Shown: positions 25,044 to 37,200 of the stretch, one piece after another
Position numbering within the stretch: position 1 is the stretch's first letter
Layout of the letters: each line of letters begins with the position of its first letter
Assembly (NCBI GenBank): GCA_043228905.1
Contig: JBHGNT010000001.1
Location: 30,194,001-30,258,000, forward strand
Direction: 5' to 3'
Length of the DNA: 64,000 bases
From: Azolla caroliniana
Taxonomy: Eukaryota; Plantae; Polypodiophyta
Translations under genes and position numbers: made by a program
The notes under the pieces: model-generated
Databases searched by the model: none
Told to the model about the DNA's origin: nothing
The model's input: only the letters and a program-made list of their open reading frames with translations

Positions 25044-28000
25044 TCAAGTCATGAATGATTCACCGCATCCACATTGACCTTTTGAATTCGGATTGATAAA
25101 TACAAATTCTGATCTGCAAACAAGAACATGTGTAATAGTGTATTAAAATGACTATAATGATGATTGTCAGTATCTAAAATTTACTTACATTTCTACATGG
25201 GGATTTTATTCCTTACTTAAGCCTGTCTTCGACAAAGTCCATCTTCGTCCCTATCACATGCATCAATGCCTTTGGATCGACAAGAATCTTCACACCTTTG
25301 TCATCAACTAATTCATCAAACTTCCCTTGTTCATCTGCACAGACACCAAGCAAACAAAAAACTACTTCAGAAACCATTGGAATAAAGAAAGAAAAAACAA
25401 ACACTTCGGCAATCTTTTATTTAAAATTATTAATGAGCATCCAAAAAACCATGTAATTGGTAAATAATAATAAATAGTTAATCTTGACCTCCTAGAAATA
25501 TCGCAATCATGTTAAAAGAAAACCCTTAACCAATAATGCTAAAGAAGCCATAGAAAGGGGAATCTTTCTTGCTTTTAATCGATGCTACCAAACCTGACCA
25601 TCTCTGGTCCATGGGGCAAGTTTTCCTGCTTTCATTATGCTAATAAAGATGCAATGCCAAAGCAAAACTTAGAATTTGCATTCAATAATGTAAAAAGATT
25701 TAAGACTACCATCTGGTAATGTGCTAAGGAAATAATGGAAAACAGGAATTATATGTTGTAATGGATCTGAGTGACTAGAATGTATTGAGTTACCATGAGT
25801 TTGTTAACAACGGAGAGTTACACGAGACAATGTTGCAACTGAAATAGTTGAAAATCATTCTGTTATTTAATCACAAATTTTGAACATCTGAGCTTTGCTT
25901 GTTTTTTAGTTTCACTCTCTTTTTCATCATTAGCCTCTCTTTCCTTGCAATCTCTTTCCAAATATGAATTCACGGTCTAGGATTATTTCTTATAATTTAT
26001 ATTGACAAATACTCTCAATTCATATACTTCAAATAGCTTATAATTTGTCAAATATCTGATGATAGTGTTCTTCATTTCAGGAATGCAAATTCATAGCCTT
26101 CTCCCTCTATCACTATATAAGACAGGCATATGGGCACACATACTGGAGTCACAAACTTGGCCCCAACTATGTCATAGAAAGCTAAAGAAATGTTAGATAA
26201 TGTGCAAGCGAGCAGAGGATCTAGTTAACTATTTGTTGGACAGACAAAACCTACATCTGTGGTTTTCCATTCTCTACTTGCATAGCAGTATATCAAAGCT
26301 TCCTAGTTCAATTGATAGCTAACACTGCCACAGGCTTCATTTGTGTGCTGCAATTTTCATATGTGTGCAAGACGTACTTATAGATGTTACCTGCAAATTA
26401 GGACGGAATTTTCCACACCCCTAATCTAAGGGAAATCCCTATGAAAAGATGGCTGTGGCTAGTAAGCTATTTATTTAGGCACAGAAGACCCACATGTATT
26501 ATTTCATTGGATTTGTGATTTGACAGCTATTTATGGGTGCTTAACACACCCAAAACTTGTTCATATTTCACATGTTATATGGAAAAAGGAGAGGTGACAA
26601 GAGACAGACTGCAGTAAAAAATAGCCATCCCCTATGATTATGACATAATTGTTTCCAGGAACAACAAAAATATACTTAGCCAATTTGTATTGCACGCATC
26701 CATTGTGCTTCCAAGAAAGGGCAGACCAATTTCAATATTGTAGTAATTAGTTGATTGACTGGCCAGTGCCTTTCTGTAGACAATCATGTCAATGGATTCC
26801 AAGTGAACTCTGATGAATTTAGGCTTATGATGAACAGGAACAATTTATTGCATCCACAGTCGCCATGACAAGACCCGAATCCCACTAAACCACAAAATCC
26901 ATAGCTAGCAGTTACCTTTAAAATGTAAGGTTCACCCTTACAGATCTTATGCATCGTACCTTTTATGGGGAGGAGAATGACGGGTAGTATTCTTATTTCC
27001 TTCAAAACTGGAATACTTGCATAAGTTGCATTAGATGGAGGACTTAGAAACCATCCTTCCGTTGGGGTAAATGATATAAGTAGATAGAATCAAACGCCTT
27101 CTATATAGGAGTAGTTTGGAGAAACCATTCTCAATGAGTTTATTCTTGAAGATAACGAAGAAGACAAAAAGGCCAGCTTAGGATGTGTCTTGGACAAATA
27201 ATACCCACTTTTCCTTGATTATTAGACTCAATGTGATGTAATCTATTTAATTCCACTTGTTAATTCAACCTGCTGTAAACATTTCGTCTCTCTTTAAAAG
27301 GATGGTTAATCACACCCAGGAAATCTAACCCATTCTCAACCTTAGGGACAATTAGCTGTACTTGGTAATCTGCATAATCTATCTATGATAAGAGGAGATG
27401 GATCCCCTGTCTGAATGTTTACCCTGTACAACTTATGTCGATAGGCTTCGAATCTCACAGATCAACCTGGGGTCAAAATTGCAGTCTTGATTTTTTGAGT
27501 GAGTACTTTTTTGCACCATCCCATTGAAATTACAAATGAACGTTCAGGGCTCTGATGTTGTTGGAGAATGGTTCCAAGAATGTCCATTTGCATAGTAATG
27601 CCAATGTTTTAGAAATACATGTCTTTTTACTCTTTCATGCTTGACAACTGCGTTGAAGCCACATTAGCATTGGACCCTTTACTTTGGAATATTGGGCATC
27701 TTTCTCCAGCACACGAAGAAAAAGAAGAAACAGTAAAACGTGTCGTATAAATGGCTATCAAAGTTCTTTCGAAATTTTTAAGAAGGTCTGGATATTAACA
27801 ATTGATTATATGAAAATCTTGCATGCCTCTCAGACTGCATAAATAATTGAATGTTGGAATTTTGAGTTCCCGAGCTTTAGAAGGACAGTGTATGCAGGCG
27901 ATATCATCTTCAGATCATAATCTGTGAATCCAGCCTGTGGATTGATATGCATGTGAGAGAGAGAGAGAGAGAGAAAGAAAGAAAGATATATTAACGTCTT

Positions 28001-28112
28001 CTAAGGCCAGAGATTATGTTATTGTCCAGAGAATTCCAATGTGTAAGGTTTTTTCTGCTTCACCAAAGACTGCGTAGTAGTCACTAGAAGATATAACACA
28101 TCATCCCCCCCC

Positions 28113-28152
<40 letters not shown>

Positions 28153-28531
28153 CAAACTATATATATAATTTATAATCTTGGTTATCGTTTCTCTCTCCCA
28201 TTTTCAAACGTCCAGAAGAAACACATATGTACAAATCAAACGATGGATGGACGGGAAAGGGGGGGGGGGGAGCAATGAAGAAAAGAAAGAAAAAAGGGAA
28301 GGTTTTGGGGAAGGAAGAAATACCTGCATAAGTCATGGTGTAGGAGAGTCCGCTGCATCCACGTGATTTGACGCCAAGCTTCAGGTAGGGTTTCTGACGG
28401 CGAGAAAGGAGCTCTCGGATCCTGTTGGCAGCCGCCTCTGTGATGGATATGGCCTGCCTACGTGCAGCGGCGGCGGCGAGAGCCGAACCCCCCCCTGCTC
28501 CTCTGGCTTTACCCAGTAACGCCGCAGACAT
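25044..28531 (-). CDS. ISCA1: A-type iron-sulfur cluster assembly protein (IscA-like 1, mitochondrial type). Exons 28531-28324, 25334-25217, 25113-25044
   Basis: Spliced product [12 protein letters not shown]...[82 protein letters not shown]. It carries the three conserved Cys (GCSG, CGCGESF). Confidence 0.96.
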
Positions 28532-28882
28532 AATCCTTCTCTCTCTACCTCTCTGTCTTTGTCTCTGTCTCTCTGTCTCTCTGTCTCTGTAGTCTGTCTC
28601 TGCGCTCTGTTTCTCTCTCCACCAACGGAGACGACGAATCCTACCTCCTTTCTTTTCTTTTCACGTGATGACAACACTATTTCTTTCTCTCTCTCTCTCT
28701 CTCTCTCTGTATATAATAATAATAATAACAGAACAAAAAAAGTTATATTCATTCGTTTGTTAACCGACGAAATTATTTGCTTCTTCCTTAAAATCTATTT
28801 ACATATTTGTCTTGCTTGCTTGCTTGCTTTTGCTTTTTGCCTTTTGCCTTTTGCTTTTTCGCATTTGTAGTTGGTTGATTAG

Positions 28883-28895
28883 AGCCCAAGGCCCA
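28883..28895 (-). promoter_or_regulatory. Two adjacent site II elements (TGGGCY) upstream of ISCA1
   Basis: AGCCCA at 28883-28888 and GGCCCA at 28890-28895, about 350 bp upstream of the ATG. Site II motifs are established in plant nuclear genes for mitochondrial proteins. Confidence 0.5.
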
Positions 28896-29055
28896 TCGAG
28901 AGAGATATCATGATCCTTAACTCTCTCTCTCTCTCTCTCTCTCTATTTGTGTTTGTGTTGAGTTTGAGACTATGGTCCTTCACACATGCTTTGTACAACC
29001 GAACTCCTTGTTCGCATGAACCATGCTATTGGCATATGACCATCATTTATCCCGT

Positions 29056-29466
29056 TGTAGTTCGTACTGTAGTATTCTACACACGAGGATAAAAAGCGTG
29101 AGGGTTAATCGAGAATGTAAAGGAGTGAGGATTACTTTTTATCCTAAGGGATTGACACAACCCATAAAGGCCAAGCCCCAGTGTGAACTTGCATGAGGGC
29201 CTTAGGTCTGGCTATAAATATGTATGAGGCCTAGCTATCCTCCTCATCAACATGTTATTCAACCACGTCGAAGCTATGACCTTGTGGTGAACAAACGCTT
29301 CCGATGAGTGCACTCCAGTACCAAGTACGACTCGATGCCATGGCGTTGATCAAGGCTCGGGTCCGCCCCAATCCCTTTGTTCAAGGGTGGTCAAATGGAT
29401 CGACACCCTTCTTTCTCTCTCTTACTCTTTATTGTCTTATCCTTACATTGGGAATAATCTCTAACA
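29056..29466. mobile_element. Possible decayed solo LTR
   Basis: Could run TGT...ACA, with internal CTATAAAT, GGCCAAGCCC and a CT-rich tract. No target-site duplication found. Confidence 0.25.
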
Positions 29467-29949
29467 AACCCTTCACTCAATGTTTTCTTGATTGACATGC
29501 ACCATTTCTAGTTGATTCCTTGGCAACATGATTGAGTTTGCTAGATGTTTCACTACCACCACCCGACCTTCAAACACCTCCACCATGCCACACTCTCACA
29601 CACGAAACTATACACTAGCCATGCCTCTTCATTGGCATCCGCGCAAGCTCTAGGTGAGAGACGGAACTTAATTGAAATGTGCCCTTTGTTGACCTTGGCT
29701 CATAATATAATACTTTAAAAAAAATGGTGTTGCAGCCTCTTGTCCTCATTGTATGGTGGCAAAAATCTCATCGAGGCAACAAGTGTATATACATCTTGTT
29801 GATTGAACACATCAAATATATTTTCTAAGGAGATATCTACTTTAATAACTTCTTCTTTTTTCAAGAAATTATATGCCTTAGTATTAAGAAATGCCCCAAG
29901 GTACTCGTAGGTAATTACCCCTAGTTGTGAACAATGTTCAAGTTCTAAC

Positions 29950-31000
29950 TATCTACTTAAATAAATACTTCATTGTAGAGTAAATCCACTCCACCTTGTC
30001 AACTTTTGCCTACATACTATTCCTTTGTCCCATATGGCATGAAACTCCAATTGTTGCAACTCTGCCCGTTGAGTGTTACCCTTTATGTTATCCAAAGAAC
30101 CTCTTAAGATTATGCATAATCTTTGAGTGTGTCTCTTTGTCACATTTTGGAATACCTTCAAGAACTTTGCCTTTTGGATACACCAATTTGTGATACTACT
30201 TACCAACTAGTTTTACCAATCGCTATTCATGGATTCGATATGGTCATTCTTTGCAGCAAACCATGTCTTAAAGAATGAGCATTTACAACATCCTCTTGCT
30301 CATATGACATTTGTTGACCTTTTGCAATTGCTCATAATATACCAATCAAGGATATACTAGTATTTCCATCACAATATCACAACTCTCACACATCAACGCC
30401 GAGACTACCTTAAAGATATTTTTATAGTGCATCGAAAATTCATTAAAGAGGATGAACACATGAAGATACTACAAATGTACAATTGCAGTAAGGTCATTAT
30501 TGTAACTTCTTCAACATTCGACCATTCACTAAGTCCATTCTTTTGCATTCAATCTCATGGGCTTGTCACCACTGCTACTAGTAGTAAACAAATTTCCATG
30601 GACGAGGCTTAATACAAAACCACATAGCAAACATATGCTTCTTCATACACGAGATTTGTTAAATAATGCAAGCATTCCTTAGTTTTTATGGGGAACTTTG
30701 TATCGTTAATTTCTACTATTTTGTGAAATTGGATTATTAAGTTGCATATTCATAGTGAAGTGATCAATGTTGAGCATGTTTGCTTTATCGATACATCTAA
30801 TGCGTAAACTCAAGGTATTGGTGAAACAATTCAAAGAACCCATAGAGTTTTGAGTTTGTATAATCGTATGACATGGGTTGAGCTTGCTCAACTACAATCA
30901 AACAACTCAAAATTTATCTTCCTACCATTGTAATGAGATGATGCATTGCCACCGTGTAGTTCTTTGGTGAACTAGCGGGGCAATAAATTGATATTATTGT
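29950..31000 (-). mobile_element. Possible highly decayed hAT-type transposase remnant
   Basis: Minus-strand fragments in hAT order: SEWSNVEEVTIM (resembles DGWSNV), NAHSLRHGL (resembles CxxH.L.L) and KLTRWSG (resembles TRW). Heavily disrupted. Confidence 0.35.
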
Positions 31001-32869
31001 TGCGTTTTATAAATTGTCACGTTCATTTTCAATAGTTGTTAGTGGAAAGTGAAACTATAAAAGCAAAATTGTGCAACATGGGTCATGGAAGTGAAACTAC
31101 AAAACTAAATTAATAGAAAAACAAATTGTCATGGGAGGTGAAACTATAAAACCACATCATAAGAACAAATAATGGAAGTATTTAATTTGAACTAACTTAG
31201 CCCTAACGTAACAACATGTATTTTCGATGTGAGCCTAGGACTTACATCCAATTCACATGATTGTTTGTCTTGCCCAACTTTGATATTGGTAATCATTTGT
31301 TTCAATCGAGTTCATGCTCATGTTCTCAATGTATCCAAATATGAATGTAACCTAACCAAACACCCTACATATGATTCCATTTTGCAAAAATCGTCAATAT
31401 GACAAAGTAATTCTACAATTGAGCAAGTGGACAAGCACAATAACCCAACAAGAAGTAGTTTGGGAACCAAGAATATGTTGACATCAACAAATTGGCAAAG
31501 TAAATTCTATTACACCAAGAGCGAGCAAGAACATGACCTAACGAGAAGGAAGGGAGGAGCCACATCCATACGGGCTTTTGAGTGGCATGGCAAAGTAAAA
31601 CTCTATTATTGATTGCATGGTAAGCAAGCACATCACCATAACAAAAGTTGAGGTACCGGGAAATTGATGAGGCGAATTTGCAAGGTTATGAGTTTTTCAG
31701 TAAAAAGGCGGGGCTCATATTGAGTGAGGATTTAGTGAGGTGGCAATATAACATACGACTACCATGTTTTCTCGTGACTTGGAATGTCACATTGATTAAG
31801 GGATTTTGCAAGGGTACACTTAGGATTTTCATTCAAAATATGCATTTTTTGTAACTTGTGCCATAACACAATAGAAGTTGTTTGTTAGTAGGTGTAGTTA
31901 AGGAGGTCTGAATAGGGTGGCCAAGAAGATGACATAGATTTACACATCAAAGAGAGCTATGATTGCCTACACATGGAGCTCCCAAGCATGAACCGAAACA
32001 AAAGAGCACATTCCTTTTCTAAGTATTTTAACTCGACAAGAGTTGAAGATTCAATCGATGTTTGAATGAACACGGGACACCTTATTCTCGAGTAATTTTT
32101 AAAAGGCAAATTGATTTTGAATTTTGCCATGGTACGACTAAGATTGTTATTTTAAAGGGTAGGCTTCCAAAATCCAATTAGAACCTACCCTAAGTGCGCA
32201 ATCTATTAAGCAAAAACCCGATAATGTGGCAAAGTAACAAACACCGTTGCCACATGGACCAACAAGCGTGATAATCTAGCCAATAGCCCAAAGTGTTTAA
32301 CCGGCAAGTTCAACAACACAACTGATGTTCGTTCCGACATGAATGAGTAGCCCACCTTTCGTTTCTGGAGGCACAAACATGGACTCAAAGTGGAGTTTAT
32401 GCAATAACACAATTTAGCAAGTAATAGATCGATTTCAACCGTATTTTGTTCTTGTACACGAGACGGATCGGAATTCAGAAGATTAGGCAGGGGTAGAGGT
32501 TAAAATACGAAAAGGTTGGGGCCGCTCTTCCCGACCCAAATCCAGGACATTCCCGTGAGAGACTCGAGGACACACGCACCATTAGTTTGTGGCGTAGTGG
32601 CCCCTCTGTGCTGTCTCAAGTTTTTGTTAGCCCCTACATATTTTCTTTTAAAGGGGTTTCTCGTGGGCCGGATATTTATTGAACATTGCGTTCACTAGGA
32701 AGTTTTGGATCCCCTCTCTTTTCATGCTTTTGGAGTTTTGATGGTCATCTTGTTTGTGCCCTAAACGCAGAACCCAAACATTAATTTGTGTAAGCATATA
32801 ATATAGACTTTGATTTTGATGGAGTTTTGAGTATCCCAGGTTAAAGTTAGGTGGGAAACAAAACTATCC

Positions 32870-32950
32870 GCGCTAATCTCAGTTGATTAGCGCTAATCAA
32901 GGCTGTTTAATCTCCCAATCAAGAGTGATTAGCACTGGTGAACGCTAATT
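32870..32950. repeat. Cluster of GCTAATC/GATTAGC motifs including an 18-bp perfect palindrome, upstream of MORC
   Basis: TTGATTAGCGCTAATCAA at 32883-32900 is self-complementary. GCGCTAATC-6nt-GATTAGCGC forms a hairpin at 32870-32893. Further copies lie at ~32927 and ~32944. Confidence 0.85.
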
Positions 32951-34294
32951 AAGACCAAGGATGGGTTTAAAGAAGTATGATTAGGGGGGGGGGGGGGGGG
33001 GAGAAGACGCCATAGCCGTACAGCTGTGCAGAGACAGAGCTCATGAATCGAAATGCTGTTGTCGAGAGATATACATCCGAGAAAACATCCTTTCGCTCAT
33101 CCTTCTTCGCCTCCCGATCCTGATCAGAACGATACTCGACAGGTCCTTCTGTTTGTGTATACCTCTTCGTCTTCTTTCTATCGTTCCGATCAGATAGACA
33201 TTCGACAAGATCTTCTATTTCTGTAGATTGTTTCTTACACCATCATTCACTTCTAACTCTAATGAGAAGCATATCAACAAGAACTTCTGTTCCTGCAGAC
33301 ACCGTTTCTTCTTTTTATTAGTCGTCGCCATCATCATCATCATCATCATCATCTGGGCGGAAAAATATTCATCAAAGTTCTCCCTTTTTTGAGACTATTT
33401 CTTCACCATCTTCACCCACTTCTCTTTGATTATCACTATCGTCTTCTCAATAATATAGAAAGGTTCTCGCGGTTTTCTTCTTTATCAACAATCGAAAAGG
33501 TCGAGAAAACATATTCTTTTCTTCTTCTTCGCTGGTATGTACGCAGATCTCAGATATTGTTTTTCGTGTCCTACCCATGAATTTTTCTGTTTCTATGCTT
33601 CTTCCATTCGAAACCCTAATTCCGCCTGAATCTTGCTGGTAAAAGATACTTTATGTTTTTACGCAAATTTCTGCCTTTTCTCTCTCTTTAAATCCTGATT
33701 TAACTCAAACCTTTTTCGCCATCTGAAGCAAGTTCACTTATTTATTTCCATGATTTCAATGTCTTTCTCGATTTCAATCATTTTCCCATTCTCTGCAAAA
33801 TTCTGTTCTTTTTCTTCTGTCCACTGATTTCGTTTACATCAGATGAATGATTTGCAACATTTTCTATTTTCTACAGTTTTTCATTCCTGTCTGATATTTT
33901 TCCTGCCATTCGTCAAAAACATGATTTCATAGAATCAAATGTATTTTTTGTTCCTTCTCCATTATTCACTTAAATCAGATGCAGGATCAGACCCCCTATT
34001 TCTGATATTCTATCTCGATATTTTCTTCTACAATCTACACTGCTATTACTGCTGCAACTACTACTGCTACAGCCTACAACTACCATGACCACTACTACTT
34101 AATTTTTTCTTCGTATGTTTCACTTATTGTTTCCTGGAATTGAATGCACTTTTCCCTGTCTTTTTATCTATGGTTTGTACAAATAAAAAACAATAAGTTT
34201 CTTTTCTTCACTGGGATTTTGATGCGCAGTTGTCCTTGCTACTTCTTATTCTATAATCAGAACTTTCTAATATCCTTCCTACAGGTTCTCAGAG

Positions 34295-37200
34295 ATGAAG
34301 GATGATATTATAGACCTAATTAGTGATGGTGAGGATAGCTGCTGTGAAGAAACGGAGGGCAAAGAATCTCATTTACCTACAAAGGACCAGAAAAAGGAAC
34401 CTACATGTACATCTACATCTAGGCATTGGCCAAAAGAAACAAGCGTGAAGGAAATAGTGAAATCACAGGATGGTAATACATCTCATAATACAGACAATAC
34501 AACAAGGTTTCTTTCATCCCAGCCAGATAGAAGTACATCTCAAGGGAAACAAATAACTCGCCAGTTCTGGAAAGCTGGTGATTATGAAGTGAAATCATCT
34601 ACAGTAGCCATTCTTCCAAGTATTGCCTTACTCTTTCTTTGTGCATTTATTGAAAATAGTGTGTGCATAAGGTGTTAACAATGTTTGAGTTCATCATTCT
34701 AGGAAGATATTTGATTTCTTTATATGACTTAATCCATCTTCAAATCTTTACTATAAGAAAAAATATGTATTACCCAAGACAAAATTCCATGTTCTTTAAT
34801 TGCATCAACAGATGGAAGAGCAGTTTGCAAAACATTTGCACAGTTGTCCTTGTTGGTTTGCATCCATGAAGTGATAAATGGCATCATGTCTGCAAATCTG
34901 AAATGGCATGATTACAATTGGTAGATGTTTTTTGGGGACATAGATATCAGGTTTTTTAATTCTTAAATATCAGTACAAAGAAGACAACTATGCTATGAAA
35001 ACTTCCCAAATTCTCTTCATCTATGTAAATATGTAGTGGAAAAATAGCTGCCCTTCAATTTTTCCAACATAAACTAGAAATTATTCTGTCAAAACTTTTG
35101 GGTGCGCAAAGATCTATAACCATTGAGTATTCTGGTGACGCAAAGCAATGAAGTACTTAACGTCCATCCATCTTGAAAGGCAGAGAGACAAAAAGAGAGC
35201 TACCAGGGAAGGAAATTATGTATGGTCTCAGAGGTCATATAGTAATGAGCGCGTAGTGCCAATGAGTCTTTTCAATGCTGTGTTCATTATCATGTGAAAG
35301 AAACTATAATACATTATCTGTTTGGTTTTGAAAATGGTTCTAAACTGTGCTGAAAGTTGTAATGGATTCTTAAAATCATCAAGAATGAATGTATTGCAAT
35401 ACACATGAACAACTCATACAACTAAAGATGCAAACTTTAGTAAAAGAAACTATAATACATTATCTGTATGGTTTTGAAAATGGTTCCAAACTGTGTTGAA
35501 AGTAGTACTGGATTCTTAAAATCATCAAGAATGAATGTATTGCAATACACGTGAACAACTCACACAACTAAAGATGCAACCTTTAAAGAGGTAAGTAAGA
35601 GAATGACTAACAGGTTTAACTTAAGTTTGTTCTTTTCCGGTTTTCTTTAGGAATGTGAATTTATATATAACTCGGTTTGGACTTTCTTTTAGTTCAGTTT
35701 TAGATTTTAACTTTCTCCTAGTTTGTATCCAGACCGCCCGTATGCAATCCTTGCAATTTAAAGTTAATTTATAGTACTTCAAAATTTGCAAAGTATGATA
35801 CATTGTCTTCCACTTCAGTAAACAGAGCTCCAGAACTATTTGAGGATATAGCTAGATGTGTTTAAAGCTCCAATTATATTCTCAGATAGTCAGAGTGGTA
35901 TTGCACAGCCTAAGAAAACCAGTTCAACTGAAGGCCAATACAAAGCATATTACTTTACAACATCCAAGGCTTTGACTATCTGTGGATATAGCTGGAGGTG
36001 TGCAAAACTACACACGATTTGTGCAATAAAAAGTTTAAGCTATTGAGCTTTAAAATTTTTAAAGTAAATTGCAGTGTACTCTGCTTGAATCAACAAACAT
36101 GAAACTCTGAATTTTATTCTTACGCTTAGTAAAAGAGCATCCCCAAAAATAAAACCTTAATTGGAAATAGATATCTGATCATTCATATTTTCAGCCAATC
36201 TACACCTGAAAAACTAAAGAAACGAATAGGCCATAAAATCTAGTTTTTATGCTTTCTGAATTTGTTTTCTGATTCAGCTTCAGTTAACCACCTGAAACTG
36301 AATGAGTTTCTTACTTATCCATGAAACAAGAGCATTCCCATTAATTAAACAATGGCTAGACATTGATCTCAAATCATCTGTACTTTCTATCTAATTGGCA
36401 TCAGAAAAGCAAAAGAAACAAGCACATGGTATTTAAGTTTTATGCTTTTCTGAAATGGTTCCTTCCCGCTGAATGGTGTATCTGAGCATGCTTCCAAAAT
36501 GTTTGAGCCAGACTTTGGAGTAGGACCAGAATTTCTGAGAGAAGAGATTGACTCCTCTTTGTCTATTAACCACAAGATTATCTGTCTATCTAAAATTATT
36601 CTATGCACTACAACTATCACCAAATCCTCGGTAATTGACACACCAGATAACAAGCTTTTGGACAGCGCCAGAACAATACGGTGATCCAAACATAATCCTC
36701 GTTGGGGATTCCATATAACACTGTTTGTCATAATCAACTTGTTGTCAGCGGCAATGATTGGAACCTCTTTAGGCTGCTCAGTTTTCAGGTCTCTCTTCTA
36801 ATTTGTCATATATTACATTGCTCTGCTATCCTCTCTCTTAAATTAGTGGGATATCTGTTTATATCAATATAGCTCTACATCACTATGTGTACCTTTCTCC
36901 ACAATAAAGGCTTTGCTGATTATGATTCCATGTTGCATGTGTTAGATCTTCACCAAAAACCCACACATGGTTTCTGTAATGGTTGAAGCTTCGGGGGCTA
37001 GACACTGAGGAAGCTTTCTGTTGGAAATCACAATTCTAAAAAGTGGGCATTTTACCCATAAAAATGTTAAAATCCAGCCAGCTTCTGATGAATTAGTTCA
37101 CCTATTCTTTGAACTGCCATTTTATCGTTAACAGTGTTAATACTATGAATATCTTCCTGAATTGGGTTAGTATATTCACCATAGTCATTTTTCTCCCAGT

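Noticed and set aside
6111-28531. PPR, RRM and ISCA1 as a functional organellar or RNA-editing gene cluster
   Set aside because: They are separated by unrelated genes and TEs. Organelle-targeted genes and PPRs are common, so proximity is expected by chance.
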